From the NCBI GenBank assembly GCA_951406725.2, contig OX597814.1:218984001-219048000 (forward strand): a DNA stretch of 64,000 bases, given 5' to 3'. The notes beneath the pieces were generated by a model. That model worked only from the letters and a program-made list of their open reading frames with translations, did no database searches and was not told the origin of the DNA. This DNA is from Octopus vulgaris. Taxonomy: Eukaryota. This document shows positions 1 to 12,360 of the stretch, one piece after another. Numbering within the stretch: the first letter of the stretch is position 1; the number at the start of each line of letters is the position of its first letter. The position numbers and the translations under genes were made by a program.

Positions 1-1255
1 AGGACCTTGGTTTTTGCGACATTGACTCTAAGGCCCTTCAATTCTAAACCTTGTTTCCACACCTGAAATTTCTTCTCTAGTTCTGGTAGTGATTTTGCTA
101 TGAGGGCCAGGTCATCAGCATAGAAGAGCTCCCAGGGGCAACCTGTCTTAATCAAATGGGGGACTAGAGTGATAAAAGAGGGAAGGTGATTCAGGAAAGA
201 TTAATGGGAAAAAATTATGTATATATATACATATATATAACTCCATGCTACATGTTTTTTAGGTATCTGAATCTCTGATGTAATAGTTATGCAATAAAGG
301 GTGCTCAGCTTAGCTAATCCTCAGGCTGGATTTACCTTCATACTGAAGATTAGCTATTTTGAGCGCTTATCATTGCATAACTATTACATCAGAGGTTCAG
401 CTGGCTAATAAACATATGTAGTATGCATTTTACTAGTTCCATTCCCTCAGTTTGGATTTCTATTCACATTTGTAGCAGCTCTAATGAATTAATTAAGCAA
501 ACAAATGGGCCAAAAGTTCATTTTATCGATGAATATATCATTGGTGGGATGATATGACCCTTTTGCTTGCTGCACAAAAAGACTTTCAACCTTATAAACC
601 ACTAAATCATGCCAATCAATGTAGGACTTTAGCTTTTATATTACAGATGAAATGGCCAAGTAAATAGGACATCAAGCTAGTAATTTATCGCTCTCATACT
701 ATATATACCAGCAACAGGTTTTTGTGAGTCTGGGACAGGGCTCTTCATTCCATGTACAGGCATTCCTCAACTTTTAAATGACAATTTTTTCAACTTTATA
801 TCATTTTTTTACAGAAATTAATGGAAAAAAAATAAACCTCAATTTCAGTTGACTTATCTGACTTATTGTTGGTCTCAGTATTTAAAAGCATAAATTTTTT
901 TTTAAAAAACACCTAAATATTAATACTGAAGTGGAAAATCAAATGAAATACATGTGAAAATATGGACAAAACATTTATCAAAACAGATATGAGCTAATAA
1001 ATCTTTTAAATGCTTTTTTGTGTTATATTGTTTCTGAGCAAAGTCACATGTCTTGGAATGAATTACTGACATAAGTTGAGGTATGCTTGTATGTCGTTTC
1101 ACATAACACTGCGAATGGTGACACATCTTTTTAAGAAATGCCACCATGCCAACTGCCAAGGTTGTGGGAATTTCTCTATCACCCACTAAAATAACATGAA
1201 ACATAATGTTAGGTATTCAACTGCAACTGTCTACAGCATAACAAAGTCAACTTAC

Positions 1256-1411
1256 CTTAACCAATGCAGAATGCAGGTAAATGTTATGAGGCATGATAAT
1301 AGCACCAATAATACCAACAGCTTGAATCAACTGTGTAGGACCACAGCCACTACAATAAGGAATAAACAGGCCTTTCAAAATTTCTCCCTGGTTTGGAGCT
1401 GCAGCACCATA
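1256..1411 (-). CDS. SLC11A2: NRAMP/SLC11 transporter coding exon 7 (TM6 region); gene continues beyond left window edge
   Basis: [52 protein letters not shown] with the NRAMP MPH motif; cttcag acceptor and gtaagt donor; 156 nt, phase 0-0. Confidence 0.97.
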
Positions 1412-1509
1412 CTGAAGATATAAAGGTGAAATGAAAAGCAAAATGTTAAATCATATCTCTCTCTCACGCACGCACGCACACACACGCACACACACACATA
1501 CACACACAT

Positions 1510-2448
1510 ATGTATAAATAAATAAATGTATAATTCAAATACTTTTACTTCCGACACATGTTTCGAAGATTTCACTGATATTATTCCAAAGGAATAAATG
1601 GTCTAAAACAATGTCATCTTCTCTTCAGGGAAGTGAAGAAATGAAACTCGTCAGTAAGACATTTTAACAGAAAATGATGGATATGTAAAGTGATTTACTG
1701 AATGCTATTAATATTGTTTGAAAAACATTATATGATATAATGTCAGAAGTAGCCTATAGAAAGAGGAGGGAAATTTTTGTAGTGAATGTTAAATATAAAT
1801 AGAAAATTAATGTTTAAATTATATATAATTATAGAGATTACTTATATGAACTAAAGGTATGTTTTTGCCAATGTTTACATTGGTATGCATGCTCTATAAC
1901 CGTGCTTACTAGGGGATTTTTAGAAAAAATAATGAAAACTAGTTCAGAATTACAGAGAAGACAGAATTCCTTGCCTTTGTCATAAGGTATCGAGATTAAG
2001 AGAATCAACCATTCTAAATTAAATTGTTCATTGTGGTCTTTTAGATCCCAAATTAATTTACTGAGCCCTATACTGTTACGTTTATTCCTATCCCTAAATG
2101 TTGAGTAATGGATAGAAATTTTTTTAGATAACTGTAACAACGTGCTTCCAATGTAAAATCGTACTTTATTATGAGTACTGATTTTACACTGGTATATAGA
2201 ATTTTTAATTTTAGAGTTACTTGACATAAACTTAATTCTGTTGGAATTGACTTCAGATACAATAACCTTGTTATTAATATTTCTAGAGGGTTGGATGGTA
2301 TTAGCTAAATTAATGTTAGTATTAGTAAATGTATTAATATTTAACAGGTTGTTATGTGAAGAGATAATTTGTAAGAGATTTTTTGTGTTGGAAAAACCAA
2401 TCCTAACCGTATGTGAATTGATAATAGAGTAATACCTAGAATTCTAGA
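1510..2448 (-). mobile_element. Penelope-like retroelement 3' fragment (linker + GIY-YIG endonuclease + 3' terminal repeat)
   Basis: ORF 1838-2227: SIYQC...FYIGST...H.STF...LSKLIWDLK...CLLC..E (PLE GIY-YIG); upstream INSHTVRIGFSNTKNLLQIISSHN linker; hammerhead in 3' region; ends at a (CA)n/(TA)n tract. Confidence 0.85.
1547..1634 (-). ncRNA. Type I hammerhead ribozyme, intact core
   Basis: ACUUCC-CUGAAGA-GAAGAU[45 nt]AUCUUC-GAAAC-AUGU-GUC-GGAAGU: 6-bp stem I, 6-bp stem II, GUC triplet. Confidence 0.85.
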
Positions 2449-3387
2449 TATGGTGAACATCTCTCAGTTTCTGTCAACCAAATCCACTCATAAGACTTGG
2501 CCTGGAGATACAGTGGAAGATTCTTTGCCCAAGGTGTCATGTAGTGGGACTGAACCCAAAACCAGGTGGTTGAGAAGTGAACTTCTTAATCATACAGCCA
2601 CGTCTGCACCTGTTTCATTCTATAAAATGCACCCACATGGCTTTGGCTGTCCCAAGAGCTGTCATTAAAGATACTTGCCCAAGGTGCCATGAGACTGAAT
2701 CTGAAACCACAAGGTTGTTAAGTGAACTTCTTTACTATACACCCATATCTGTACCTTATGTGTGAGTATTGACTGATGTCTGAATATTAGCTGGTATTTG
2801 AGACAGAATATAGACTGGATATTAGAGTATTTGTTGGCCCTTACAAATAAACAGCAGAGAATATATGGTAATGATAAAGCGGTGAGCTGGCAGAATTGTT
2901 AGCACACCAGGAGAAATGCTTAACAGTATTTTGTCTGTTCTTATGTTCTAAGTTCAAATTCTACCATTGTCAACTTTGCCTTTCATCCTTTTGGGGTTGA
3001 TAAAGTAAGTACCAGTCAAGTACTGGGTAAGAGTATAAAAAAACTGCACCCTTCTGCAAAGCTATGTCGAACCAGTGTGACAAGAGTAGGCCCATTAAAC
3101 CAGTATGATCTCAAACTTACGGCCTTCACAGCAGACCATGTTGGTGGAGAGAAGATGATAGGGCCTTCATCCTGCAGTGGACTAAACGTACGCAATCCAA
3201 TTCAACGATAAATGAAAGAAAAAATTTTAGAAGAAAGCATAGAGATGAAGCAGAATTGTGATGCAAAATGAGATGCTGTATTGCAGATCCATCCAACCCA
3301 TGTCAGCATGGAAGAAACAGATGTTAAAAAAAAAAAAACATCATGAAAGCTGTAACACAAATTAAAATTCAAACAAATATTTCTTAC

Positions 3388-3526
3388 CTCATATCCAAAC
3401 ATTATTGCCATTACTGTGATTAGAAGGCCGAAAAATGCTTCCAGCTTCCTTAGACCATATTTGTCAAGTAGAAGAAATGTGAAGGTGTCAACAATGGTTA
3501 TAAGAACACCAGCGTAGAGAGGAAGT
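3388..3526 (-). CDS. SLC11A2: NRAMP/SLC11 coding exon 6
   Basis: (K)[46 protein letters not shown]; ttccag acceptor, gtaaga donor; 139 nt, phase 2-0. Confidence 0.97.
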
Positions 3527-4360
3527 CTGGAAAGAAATAAGGCAATAGAAATAATTGAAAGAATAAATTAACAAGATTTAAGATCTTGTAGCTTATTTGA
3601 AGCATTAAAATTTAACCCTTTCAATACCAGCCTAGTTGAAACTACCTCTAGTAGTACAAATGTCTTGTTTTCAAAAGTTCTGAATTAAAATCTTTCACCA
3701 AACCTTAGTCACAATTTATGTTCCCAACACTAGCTAAATTCTTTGTTATATTTAAAATTAATTGAAAGAAACACAGAGAATCTCAACAGAAACATGGTAA
3801 CAAATTGGTATCAGAAATATGGTAACAAAGTAGGGTATCATCATCATCATCATTTAATGTCTGTTTTCCATGCCGGCATGGGTTGGAGCAATAAGGATAT
3901 AATAAAAGCCACTTAACAATGTAAGAAAATATATTCATCCAATATTTTACCTTTAACTAGCTCTAACCATAGACTGAATAATTTTACATGAGACGCACAG
4001 TGAGGGACAAAGGAAGGAAGGATAAATAGTTAGATGGATGATTGGATGATTGGAGAGACGGAAGGATGGACAAAGTAGCAAGAATAGATGGATGGACAAT
4101 GCATTTTGATGAATATGGATGAAAAACATAGAAAAACTGGAGTTGGATGGCAGGATGGACAGTAGAGTAATGAGATTGCATGGCTGAATAGATGGGTGGA
4201 TTGTGTAGTGAGGATGAAGGGATGGTTGCAGGGACATACTAAGTGTAGTGATGACGGATGGATGGACAGTGTCATGTGGTGAGAATGGATAGACAGGGAT
4301 TAGAGAAGGGAGGAAGAATGGTTCAATAAACATTGGTGTAGGTAAGATGAAATGGGTTGC

Positions 4361-4860
4361 ATCATCATCATCATCATCATCATTGTTCGACCGTGGTCGA
4401 GACACTGGAATTTACCATGCTACGCCAGACTTCACGGTCCATCATGGCATTACGGAGGTCCTGTTGCTGGATGCCTGTATCCCTGGAGATTACATCAGGG
4501 TAGGAGAGAGTGTGCGCCCTCTGGTATTGCGCGTAGATGGCTTCCAGAGGAGAAGAGTAGAAATTACCTCATTTTCAGCTCTACAACAGTGTCCAGCAAA
4601 CTGGACTCTCCTACCTTTCACAAGAGATGACACAGGTGGTAGTTTCCCATATATTTGCATTTTGGTTGGATGGTGCTTCCACGAGAGATTTTGAGCTCTC
4701 ATAAGGAGGCGAGTGTAGGTTCAATCCAACCGCCTCTCAAGCTTCTTTGATAACGTCCAGGTTTCTGAGCCATAGAGTAGAATTGGTTTGACTGTGGCTT
4801 TGAAGATTTCAAGTTTGAAGTCTCTACTTAGATTTGATGACCAGATCTTATGGGTTGCAG
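4361..4860 (-). mobile_element. RTE-clade LINE 3' end with (GAT)n tail
   Basis: KIWSSNLSRDFKLEIFKATVKPILLYGSETWTLSK, RRVQFAGHCCR..EVISTLLLWKP; second copy of the tail at 9085-9320. Confidence 0.85.
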
Positions 4861-5040
4861 TATTCAGCTTCTTCAATAAACTTGGGAAGGTCAAGATGTT
4901 CATTAAAATTTTATTGATGATCTATAACTGCAGACAGCTAAGTACTGCTTCTTGACTCCATAAGCTAATCATAGTTTCCATTAAACAGTTTTCATAGAAA
5001 CAGTAACATCTGCACTCTGGTAATATCTGAAATGCTTTAA

Positions 5041-5470
5041 GGCGGTGAGCTGGCAGAACCGTTAGCACGCCGGGCAAAATGCATAGCCGTATTTCGTCTG
5101 CCGTTACGTTGTGAGTTCAAATTCCGCCAAGGTCGACTTTGCCTTTTATCTTTTTGGGGTCGATAAATTAAGTACCAGTTACGTACTGGGGTCGATATAA
5201 TCGACTTAATCCGTTTGTCTGTCCTTGTTTGTCCTCTCTGTGTTTAGCCCCTTGTGGGTAGTAAAGAAATAGATATTTCGTCTGTCTTTACATTCTGAGT
5301 TCAAATTTTGCCTAGGTCGAGTTTGCCTTTCATCCTTTCGGAGTCGATAAATTAAGTACCAGTTGCATACTTGGGTCGATAAATTAAGTACCAGTTGCGT
5401 ACTGGAGTCGATCTAATTGACTGGACCCCCTCCCCCAAAATTCCAGGCCTTGTACCTAGAATAGAAAAGA
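5041..5470 (+). mobile_element. SINE family B (Meta-domain-like), tandem/nested copies
   Basis: ggcggtgagctggcagaa..gttagcacgccgggc head; gactttgcctttcatcctttcggggtcgataaa..agtacc domain; other copies ~2877, 48221, 46420-46612(-). Confidence 0.8.
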
Positions 5471-5708
5471 ATATTCAAAATGCATTTTAATAAATGAGAT
5501 TTTCACAGACCAAGTATATGTTAATGCATTTATAACAAGCAGATGTTGCAATCTATGTACAACTTGTTGCATTTTACATATTCAGTAGTGTACTCTGCAA
5601 TTACTAAGATATTAGTTGGTATTTCTAGCTGGGTATTTTGCTGTGCTGTGAACAGCAGCCTGTGTATTGAACATATAGCTTCTGTAAGAAGCTATATCTC
5701 TCTCTCTC

Positions 5709-5748
<40 letters not shown>

Positions 5749-6344
5749 CAGAACACAAAGGATATCACAGTACACGTGTTTCTAGCTTTATAAACAACTA
5801 GCAGTCTCACCCGGCGTTGCTCGGGTTTGTAAGGGAAATAACTATATAAGCACTTTTAGAGATGTAAAGTATAATAGCCATCTCAATATGGCTAACCACA
5901 AAGGGGGTGTTACTGTAGCTTTTTACGTTCTGAGATTTAATAATAAATTTTAGAGAGTTACTTCCTTATATATGTCAAAAATGGATTAAAAATGGGAAAA
6001 ATTGATGGTAAATTTTTTTTTAAATCGTAGACTCATCGTAGACGCGCGCTAATACCCAGACGGTCTCGATATGAATCACGACTATAAGATACCCGGTTTT
6101 GGTTAAACTGCACCGCAAAATGTGGGAGTAGTTAGGAATCTAAATCGTAGGAGACAGACACACAACCTCACTTTTATATATAAAGAGTTCCTCTATTTAC
6201 ATAATATTGAGGTCTCTTTCTTTCTTTTGTTATCTTACTGTTTTTACCAATATACATATATATATATAAATATATATATAGTTACAGAGATGTACTTGCA
6301 TAGCAAGTGACTTGATCTGAGATCGTGTGCTGGAACGAAAACAG

Positions 6345-6603
6345 TTGCAGCGTTGAAGGTGTTTATAAGCCATTTAAGAAACACACAAAAACCGTTAGAT
6401 TCACTTCAACATTTAAATTTAATTTGTCAAAATATTTTCGTCGCTTTGAGACCGCGACCTGTTAGCACGATATTTTTGTCAGTGAACAGGTCGCGGTCTG
6501 AAAGCGACGAAAATATTTTGGCAAATTAAATTTAAATGTTGAAGTGAATGTAACGGTTTTTGTGTGCTTCTTAAATGGCTTACAAACACCTTCCACGCTG
6601 CAA
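6345..6603. repeat. Long fold-back palindrome (~118-bp arms)
   Basis: 6345-6463 is the reverse complement of 6485-6603; (TA)n flanks. Confidence 0.9.
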
Positions 6604-6964
6604 TATATATATACACACATATATATATATGTATGTATGTATGTATGTGTGTATATGTGTATGCATGTATGTGTGTGTGTGTGCGTGTCTGTGCTTGTGA
6701 TTGTCCTCCACCACTGCTTGACAACGAATGTTGGTTTGTTTACATCCCTGTTACCTAGTGGTTTGACAAAGGAAACAGATAGAATAAGTACAATGCTTAC
6801 AAAAATAAAACTGGAGTTGATTCATTAAACTACAATTCTTCAAGGCATTGCCCCAGCATGGCCACAGACCAATGGCTGGAAAAAGCAGAAGAATAAAAGA
6901 ATACATTCTCTGCTTTGGTCTTATGTTCAAGGCATGAGAAAGCTTGAGTTTACATGAGAAGGCC

Positions 6965-7235
6965 TAACAGACCTGGTAGAAACAGCAGCCAAATCTCCCT
7001 CAAATCACACCTTACTGTCTTATGTATGTATATATATATGAACCAATGAGGGGGACCTCTACATGGTAGCTAGACCTGGTAGAAATAGCAGCCAAATTTC
7101 CCCCAAATCACACCTTACTGTCTTATCTATGTATATATGTATGTATGAGCCTATGAGGGAGACCCCTACATGGCAGCTAGACATGGTAGAAATAGCAGCC
7201 AAATCTCCCTCAAATCACACCTTACTGTCTTATCT
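6965..7235. repeat. Degenerate ~105-115-bp tandem repeat, ~2.5-3 copies
   Basis: agac.tggtagaaa.agcagccaaat.tccc.caaatcacaccttactgtctta repeated. Confidence 0.85.
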
Positions 7236-7304
7236 TTCTGCTACTTATATTCGTCGTAAAAAACTTTCCTGTCACACACACGCACGCACACACACGCACC
7301 CTCA

Positions 7305-7339
<35 letters not shown>

Positions 7340-7960
7340 TCACACACACGCACGTTAGCTTACAATTTTATTTATATATTTGCGTGTCTATGTGTGGAAA
7401 GAGGAAGTGGGAGGCAGAGTGAAAGAATCACTCACTACAGTAAGTAAATTACTTTCATTTTATTCGTTGCCCACTGTGTGTGTGCGTTTGCGTGTGGTGT
7501 AAACCAGACTAAGAAAAGCATTTGACACACACACCAGAATGTGAGTTTTCTGTAAATTTTGCTTAATTGGAGTTTAAATTTTAAAAACTGGACCTGGCAT
7601 GACGCGATGCATTGTACTCTTAAAAATGCCAGGTAAATTGTAATTGAAGAAATCCTATATTGTAGATTTGTATAACTCCCAAAGGGAGGCAGATAAAATC
7701 TGCCTTTTATAATAAGAGATCCATTATTACATCAGTGTATTATTGATATAAAAGATGGTTTAAAGCTCTCTTCAACTGCAAACATTGTTAGTCCAAAGAT
7801 TACATCACAATAAAAAGTACATGCACTTTTACCCATTATAATAGGTTTATCATATCTCCTTGAAAAAAATATATTTGTATAAAGGTTCATAAGATTATTA
7901 TAATGGGTAATACTACGTGTACTTTTTATATTGTGATGTAATCTTTGGACTAACAATGTT

Positions 7961-8053
7961 TGTGGCTGAAGAGAGCTTTAAACCATCTTTTATATCAATA
8001 ATACACTGATGTAATAACAAATTGTTTATAAAGCTTGAAACACATGTACCACG
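7961..8053 (+). ncRNA. Type I hammerhead ribozyme, intact core
   Basis: UGUGG-CUGAAGA-GAGCUUU[~50 nt]AAAGCUU-GAAAC-ACAU-GUA-CCACG. Confidence 0.8.
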
Positions 8054-8183
8054 ATATCCTTTGTGTTCTGTTTTTAATTTATGTTTGATATATTCTCTCA
8101 CCTCTGCCACTATCTGGCATATACAGGTGCTTACACTTATCAAGTATTCACTCTAAACTTGCAGAACCTATATATATATAGGT

Positions 8184-8566
8184 AGGAGCACTCCATCGGT
8201 TACGACGACCAGGGTTCCAGTTGATCCGATCAACGGAACAGCCTGCTCGTGAAATTAACATGTAAGTGGCTGAGCACTCCACAGACACGTGCACCCTTAA
8301 CGTAGTTCTCGGGGATATTCAGCGTGACACAGAGAGTGACAAGGCCGGCCCTTTGAAATACAGGTACAACAGAAACAGGAAGTAAGAGTGAGAGAAAGTC
8401 GTGGTGAAAGAATACAGCAGGGATCACCACCATCCCCTGCCGGAGCCTCATGGAGCTTTAGGTGTTTTCGCTCAATAAACACTCACAACGCCCGGTCTGG
8501 GAATCGAAACCGCGATCCTACGACCGCGACTCCGCTGCCCTAACCACTGGGCCATTGCGCCTCCAC
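8184..8566 (-). mobile_element. tRNA-derived SINE family A, full length
   Basis: Head gtggaggcgcaatggcccagtggttagggcagcgga..ggtttcgattccc with A/B boxes; near-identical to other copies. Confidence 0.9.
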
Positions 8567-8567
8567 C

Positions 8568-8607
<40 letters not shown>

Positions 8608-9752
8608 ATCTTCATCATCATCATCCTTACTGCATCCCTTTAACTGCATCAGGTTCCAGTCTGATTTGGCTTGGTTTTTGCGGCTGGATGCCAACCACTT
8701 TACAGTGTGTGCTGGGCGCTTTTAATATGGCACTGACCAAGCACACGACTCTTATAGGCCCAATCTTCTTCACCAAGGAATGTGACCTTGACACTTCTTC
8801 TATGGAGAACAGGTCTTCTTGAGTACAACAAGGCATCAGGTATCTTCGTCCTTTGTCATATCATCTGACAGGTCATCCTTCAGTACTTCAATCTACATCT
8901 TCTTAGGTATCCCTCTTTCATGAGTTTCGTCAACTTTGAGTGAACAACACTTCTTTATAGAGCTGTCAGCATCCATCTGCATCACATGATCAAACCAGCA
9001 CAGTCCTCTCTCTTGCACACTGCATCTAATTCCTCTTATGCCGAACTTCTGTCTCAATACACTAACACTCTGCCGAACATATAATCATCATCATCATTCA
9101 TCATCATTGTTCGACCGTGGTCGAGACAATGGAATTTACCATGCTACGCCAGACTTCACGGTCCATCATGGCATTATGGAGGTCCTGTTGCTGGATGCCT
9201 GTATCCCTGGAGATTACATCAGGGTAGGAGAGCGTGCACCCTCTGGTATTGCAAGTAGATGCCTTTCAGAGGAGAAGAGTAGAAATTACTTCTTTTTCAG
9301 CTCTACAACAATGTCCAAAAGGTAGGAACATATAAACTTACATTACACATCTTACAGAGCATACTAGCTTCATTCCTCTCTAGCCTTCATATGTCCCCTG
9401 CATTCAGGGCCCACAATCACATTAGATTTACTGAAATTAGGAATAATGAAGTAACAGGTATTCTGGAAATTTCCTTTATAAAAAGAAAAAAAAATGCAAG
9501 GAACCTCCAGTGAGATCAATGGCAACCTCTCTGGCACCGGTGTTAAGAAGAGAACCAAGCTGTAGAAACCATGCCAAAGACTAAACACATGAACAAGATG
9601 TGGTCCTCTGATTCATAGTGGAGGGCAGGCCTGGCCCGTCCATGCCAGCATAGAAAGCAGATGTAAAATGAAGATGACAATGATGATGATAATGACAATT
9701 TTGACATCTTGTTTGACTGTATTCTTATATAGATTTATAGGAATCCATTTGT

Positions 9753-9753
9753 A

Positions 9754-9810
<57 letters not shown>

Positions 9811-9835
9811 TCATCATCATCATCATCATCATTTA

Positions 9836-9890
<55 letters not shown>
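9753..9890. repeat. (TAA)n and (CAT)n microsatellites
   Basis: Two long (TAA)n runs separated by (CAT)n. Confidence 0.95.
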
Positions 9891-10904
9891 TGCAATTTCA
9901 TTGATCGATTTCCATTGATCGATTTCATTCTGGATCTCACTTGCTCAATGGTCTTCACAAGCAGTTTCGACTGCCGGCTGGTACATCCAATTTCATTCTG
10001 ATCCCGCCTCAACACGTCTTCAGAGAGTTTGTGTCCCAAAATAATAATATTGTGTACAGTGTTCAGGTGCACTACAACATGATGTGGAACTTCTTCATGT
10101 GAATGATACTACTTTGCTACATATATTTTCAACATGACTCAACACATTCCCATTCAATGACTGGTACATGACCCTTTGTTTTCTGTATGTATGCCTGGGA
10201 AAAGTCATGCTCTACTTCATTGAAATATAGGTATATATGCAGGAAAGAATTAAGTAAAAGAAAGTAGTATTGAAATAAAAGAAACAGTTAAACAGATCAA
10301 AATGCATATAAATTTTTCAAAGAACATATAGCCATCTTATGATAAATTTATTCCCTTTAAAGAGTGAATTTAGTTTGTGAAGCTGTTGATGAATTTAAAT
10401 ATGATAGTAAGAAAATAATCATTCAGCTACTTTTCTGGAGTGATTAAATGAAGGAAACTGAGATGAACAGTTCCTGTGAGTTGTCTAGGCTACTTGTGTA
10501 TTGGGTGAGAGCTGAAGGTAAAAACAATCAATGATTTGGTTGGTTGATAGGTGGATGGATAGGTAGATGGGTGGGAGGATAGGTAGATGGGTGGGAGGAT
10601 AGGTAGATGGGTGGGAGGATAGGTAAGTAAGTGGATCTTTTAAAAGAAGTAGCTTACTACAATATTATCTTCATCTTTTACTTATTTTAGTAATTTGACT
10701 GTGACCATGCTAAGACCCTGCCTTGAAGAGTTTTAGTCAAGCAAATTGACCCCAGGACTTATCTTTTTTTAAGCCAAGTACTTATTCTATCAGTCTTTTT
10801 TATTGAACCACTAAGTTACAGGGATGCAAACACACAAACACTGGTTAACAAGCAGTGGTAGAGGGGACAAACACAGACAAAAAGACACACATAGATATAT
10901 ACAT

Positions 10905-11285
10905 TATAGATTCAAAATTCATCCAAGGATAGGACCACAGGCCATAGGTCCCCTATCCAATTCAGGATCACAACATATAAACACACTGCAACACAATTAC
11001 TTTTCCTCAACAGGCCCTGCCCTTTTTAATATTGTCTCGAAACAGATCAAAGAGGAAGAGGATCCCATTACCTTTAAATGGAATCTGGACAATTTCTTCA
11101 AGGAATACCGGATAAGCCACTTATTCCTGGATACAACTCACTCAACAAGAACTCCCTACTCAAATTGACCGTGATACCACAAAACTTGACTTAAAAATTA
11201 ACTAATCCTATCAGGCAGTGCTACTAGGTTAGATATGGCCAGGACCAATCTTTGGTCAAAACATATCTAAGTTATCTAAGTATAT
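10905..11285 (+). mobile_element. CR1/L2-group LINE 3' end
   Basis: GPALFNIV...FKWNLDNFF / IPDKP.IPGY C-terminal motifs; short tandem tail atctaagtt. Confidence 0.6.
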
Positions 11286-11289
11286 CCAT

Positions 11290-12360
11290 AGTAAGTAGGA
11301 AGGCAGACAAATCACAAATCCCTTCAGGCAGACAAATCACTGCTCGATCTATAGAAAAGGCATAGGTAGAAACTCCATAAGATACACCTGGTGTAAGCTT
11401 TGGACACATAAAAGGTGCAGCAATATCAGAAGAAGATTAATAGGGAAACTAGCTTTTGTATGTGGAAGATGTACAAGTACAATAAACGCTGAAAATGTGC
11501 AGAAAACAGACTCCATCAACTGCCAGCAGGGAACCAAGCTAGAGGTAGGAGATAGCTTCCATTATCTAGGCAATGAAGTTATGAGTGGAGGCGGGTGCTC
11601 TGAGAGCATAGCTGTGAGAATAAAATTAGGCAGGGCAAAGTTTAGAGAGCTCCAACCTCTGCTGGCAACAAAGGGCCTCTCTCTCAAGAGTGAAAGGCAG
11701 ACTGTATGGTGCCTGTATATGAACAGCCATGCTACATGGCAGTGAAACATGAGCTGTGACAGCCGAGGACATGCATAGGCTTGAAAGACATAAAGCCAGT
11801 ATGCTTCACTGGACATGCAATGTCAGTGTGCATGTTCAGCAAACTGTAAGCATCTTGAGACAAATGTTAGTCAAAGAGGCATCAGGTGTGGTGTGCAAGC
11901 GAGACGGCTGCCCTGGTATGGTCATGGACTACGGATGGATGAGGAGAGCTGTGTGAAGAAACAGTGGAAGGAACCCATGGAAGAGGTAGACCCAGGAAGA
12001 CATGGGATGAGGTGGTGAAGCATGACCTTTGAACATTGGACCTCACAGAGGCAATGACTAGTGACCGAGACCTTTGGCAATATGCTGTGCTTGAGAAGAT
12101 CCATCAAGCCAAGTGAAATTGTAGTCATGACTGACTATATTGGTGTCATACAACAGGCACCAATGCTGGTGACATGTAAAGAACACCGTTTAAGCATTGG
12201 GTCCTGCAGAGGCAAAATGGCTGAGATCCTTTTGAGCATTGGGCCCTGCAGAGGCAAAATGGCTGAGTTCCTTTCAAGCATTGGGCCCTACAGAGGCAAA
12301 ATGGCTGAGTTCCTTTTGAGCATTTGGTCTCATGGAGGCAAAGTGGTTGAGTTCCTTCCA
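11290..12360 (+). mobile_element. Decayed RTE LINE fragment with ~42-bp tandem array (12190-12360)
   Basis: LEVGDSFHYLG, RAKFRELQPLL, TAEDMHRLER..ASMLHW, RRLPWYGHGLRM segments. Confidence 0.8.

Larger units (their letters stand above)
5798..7719 (-). mobile_element. Composite non-autonomous Helitron
   Basis: Minus-strand 5'-TC (7719) ... subterminal hairpin cccgagcaacgccggg ... CTAG-3' (5798), inserted at A|T without TSD; 5798-6186 is the common ~390 bp Helitron unit. Confidence 0.75.

Noticed and set aside
3953-4405. 150-aa H/P/S-rich ORF
   Set aside because: Translation of degenerate (GGAT)n simple repeat
9955-10035. Minus-strand CUGAAGA...GAAAC hammerhead-like motif
   Set aside because: No valid NUH triplet or stem I; at most a heavily decayed relic
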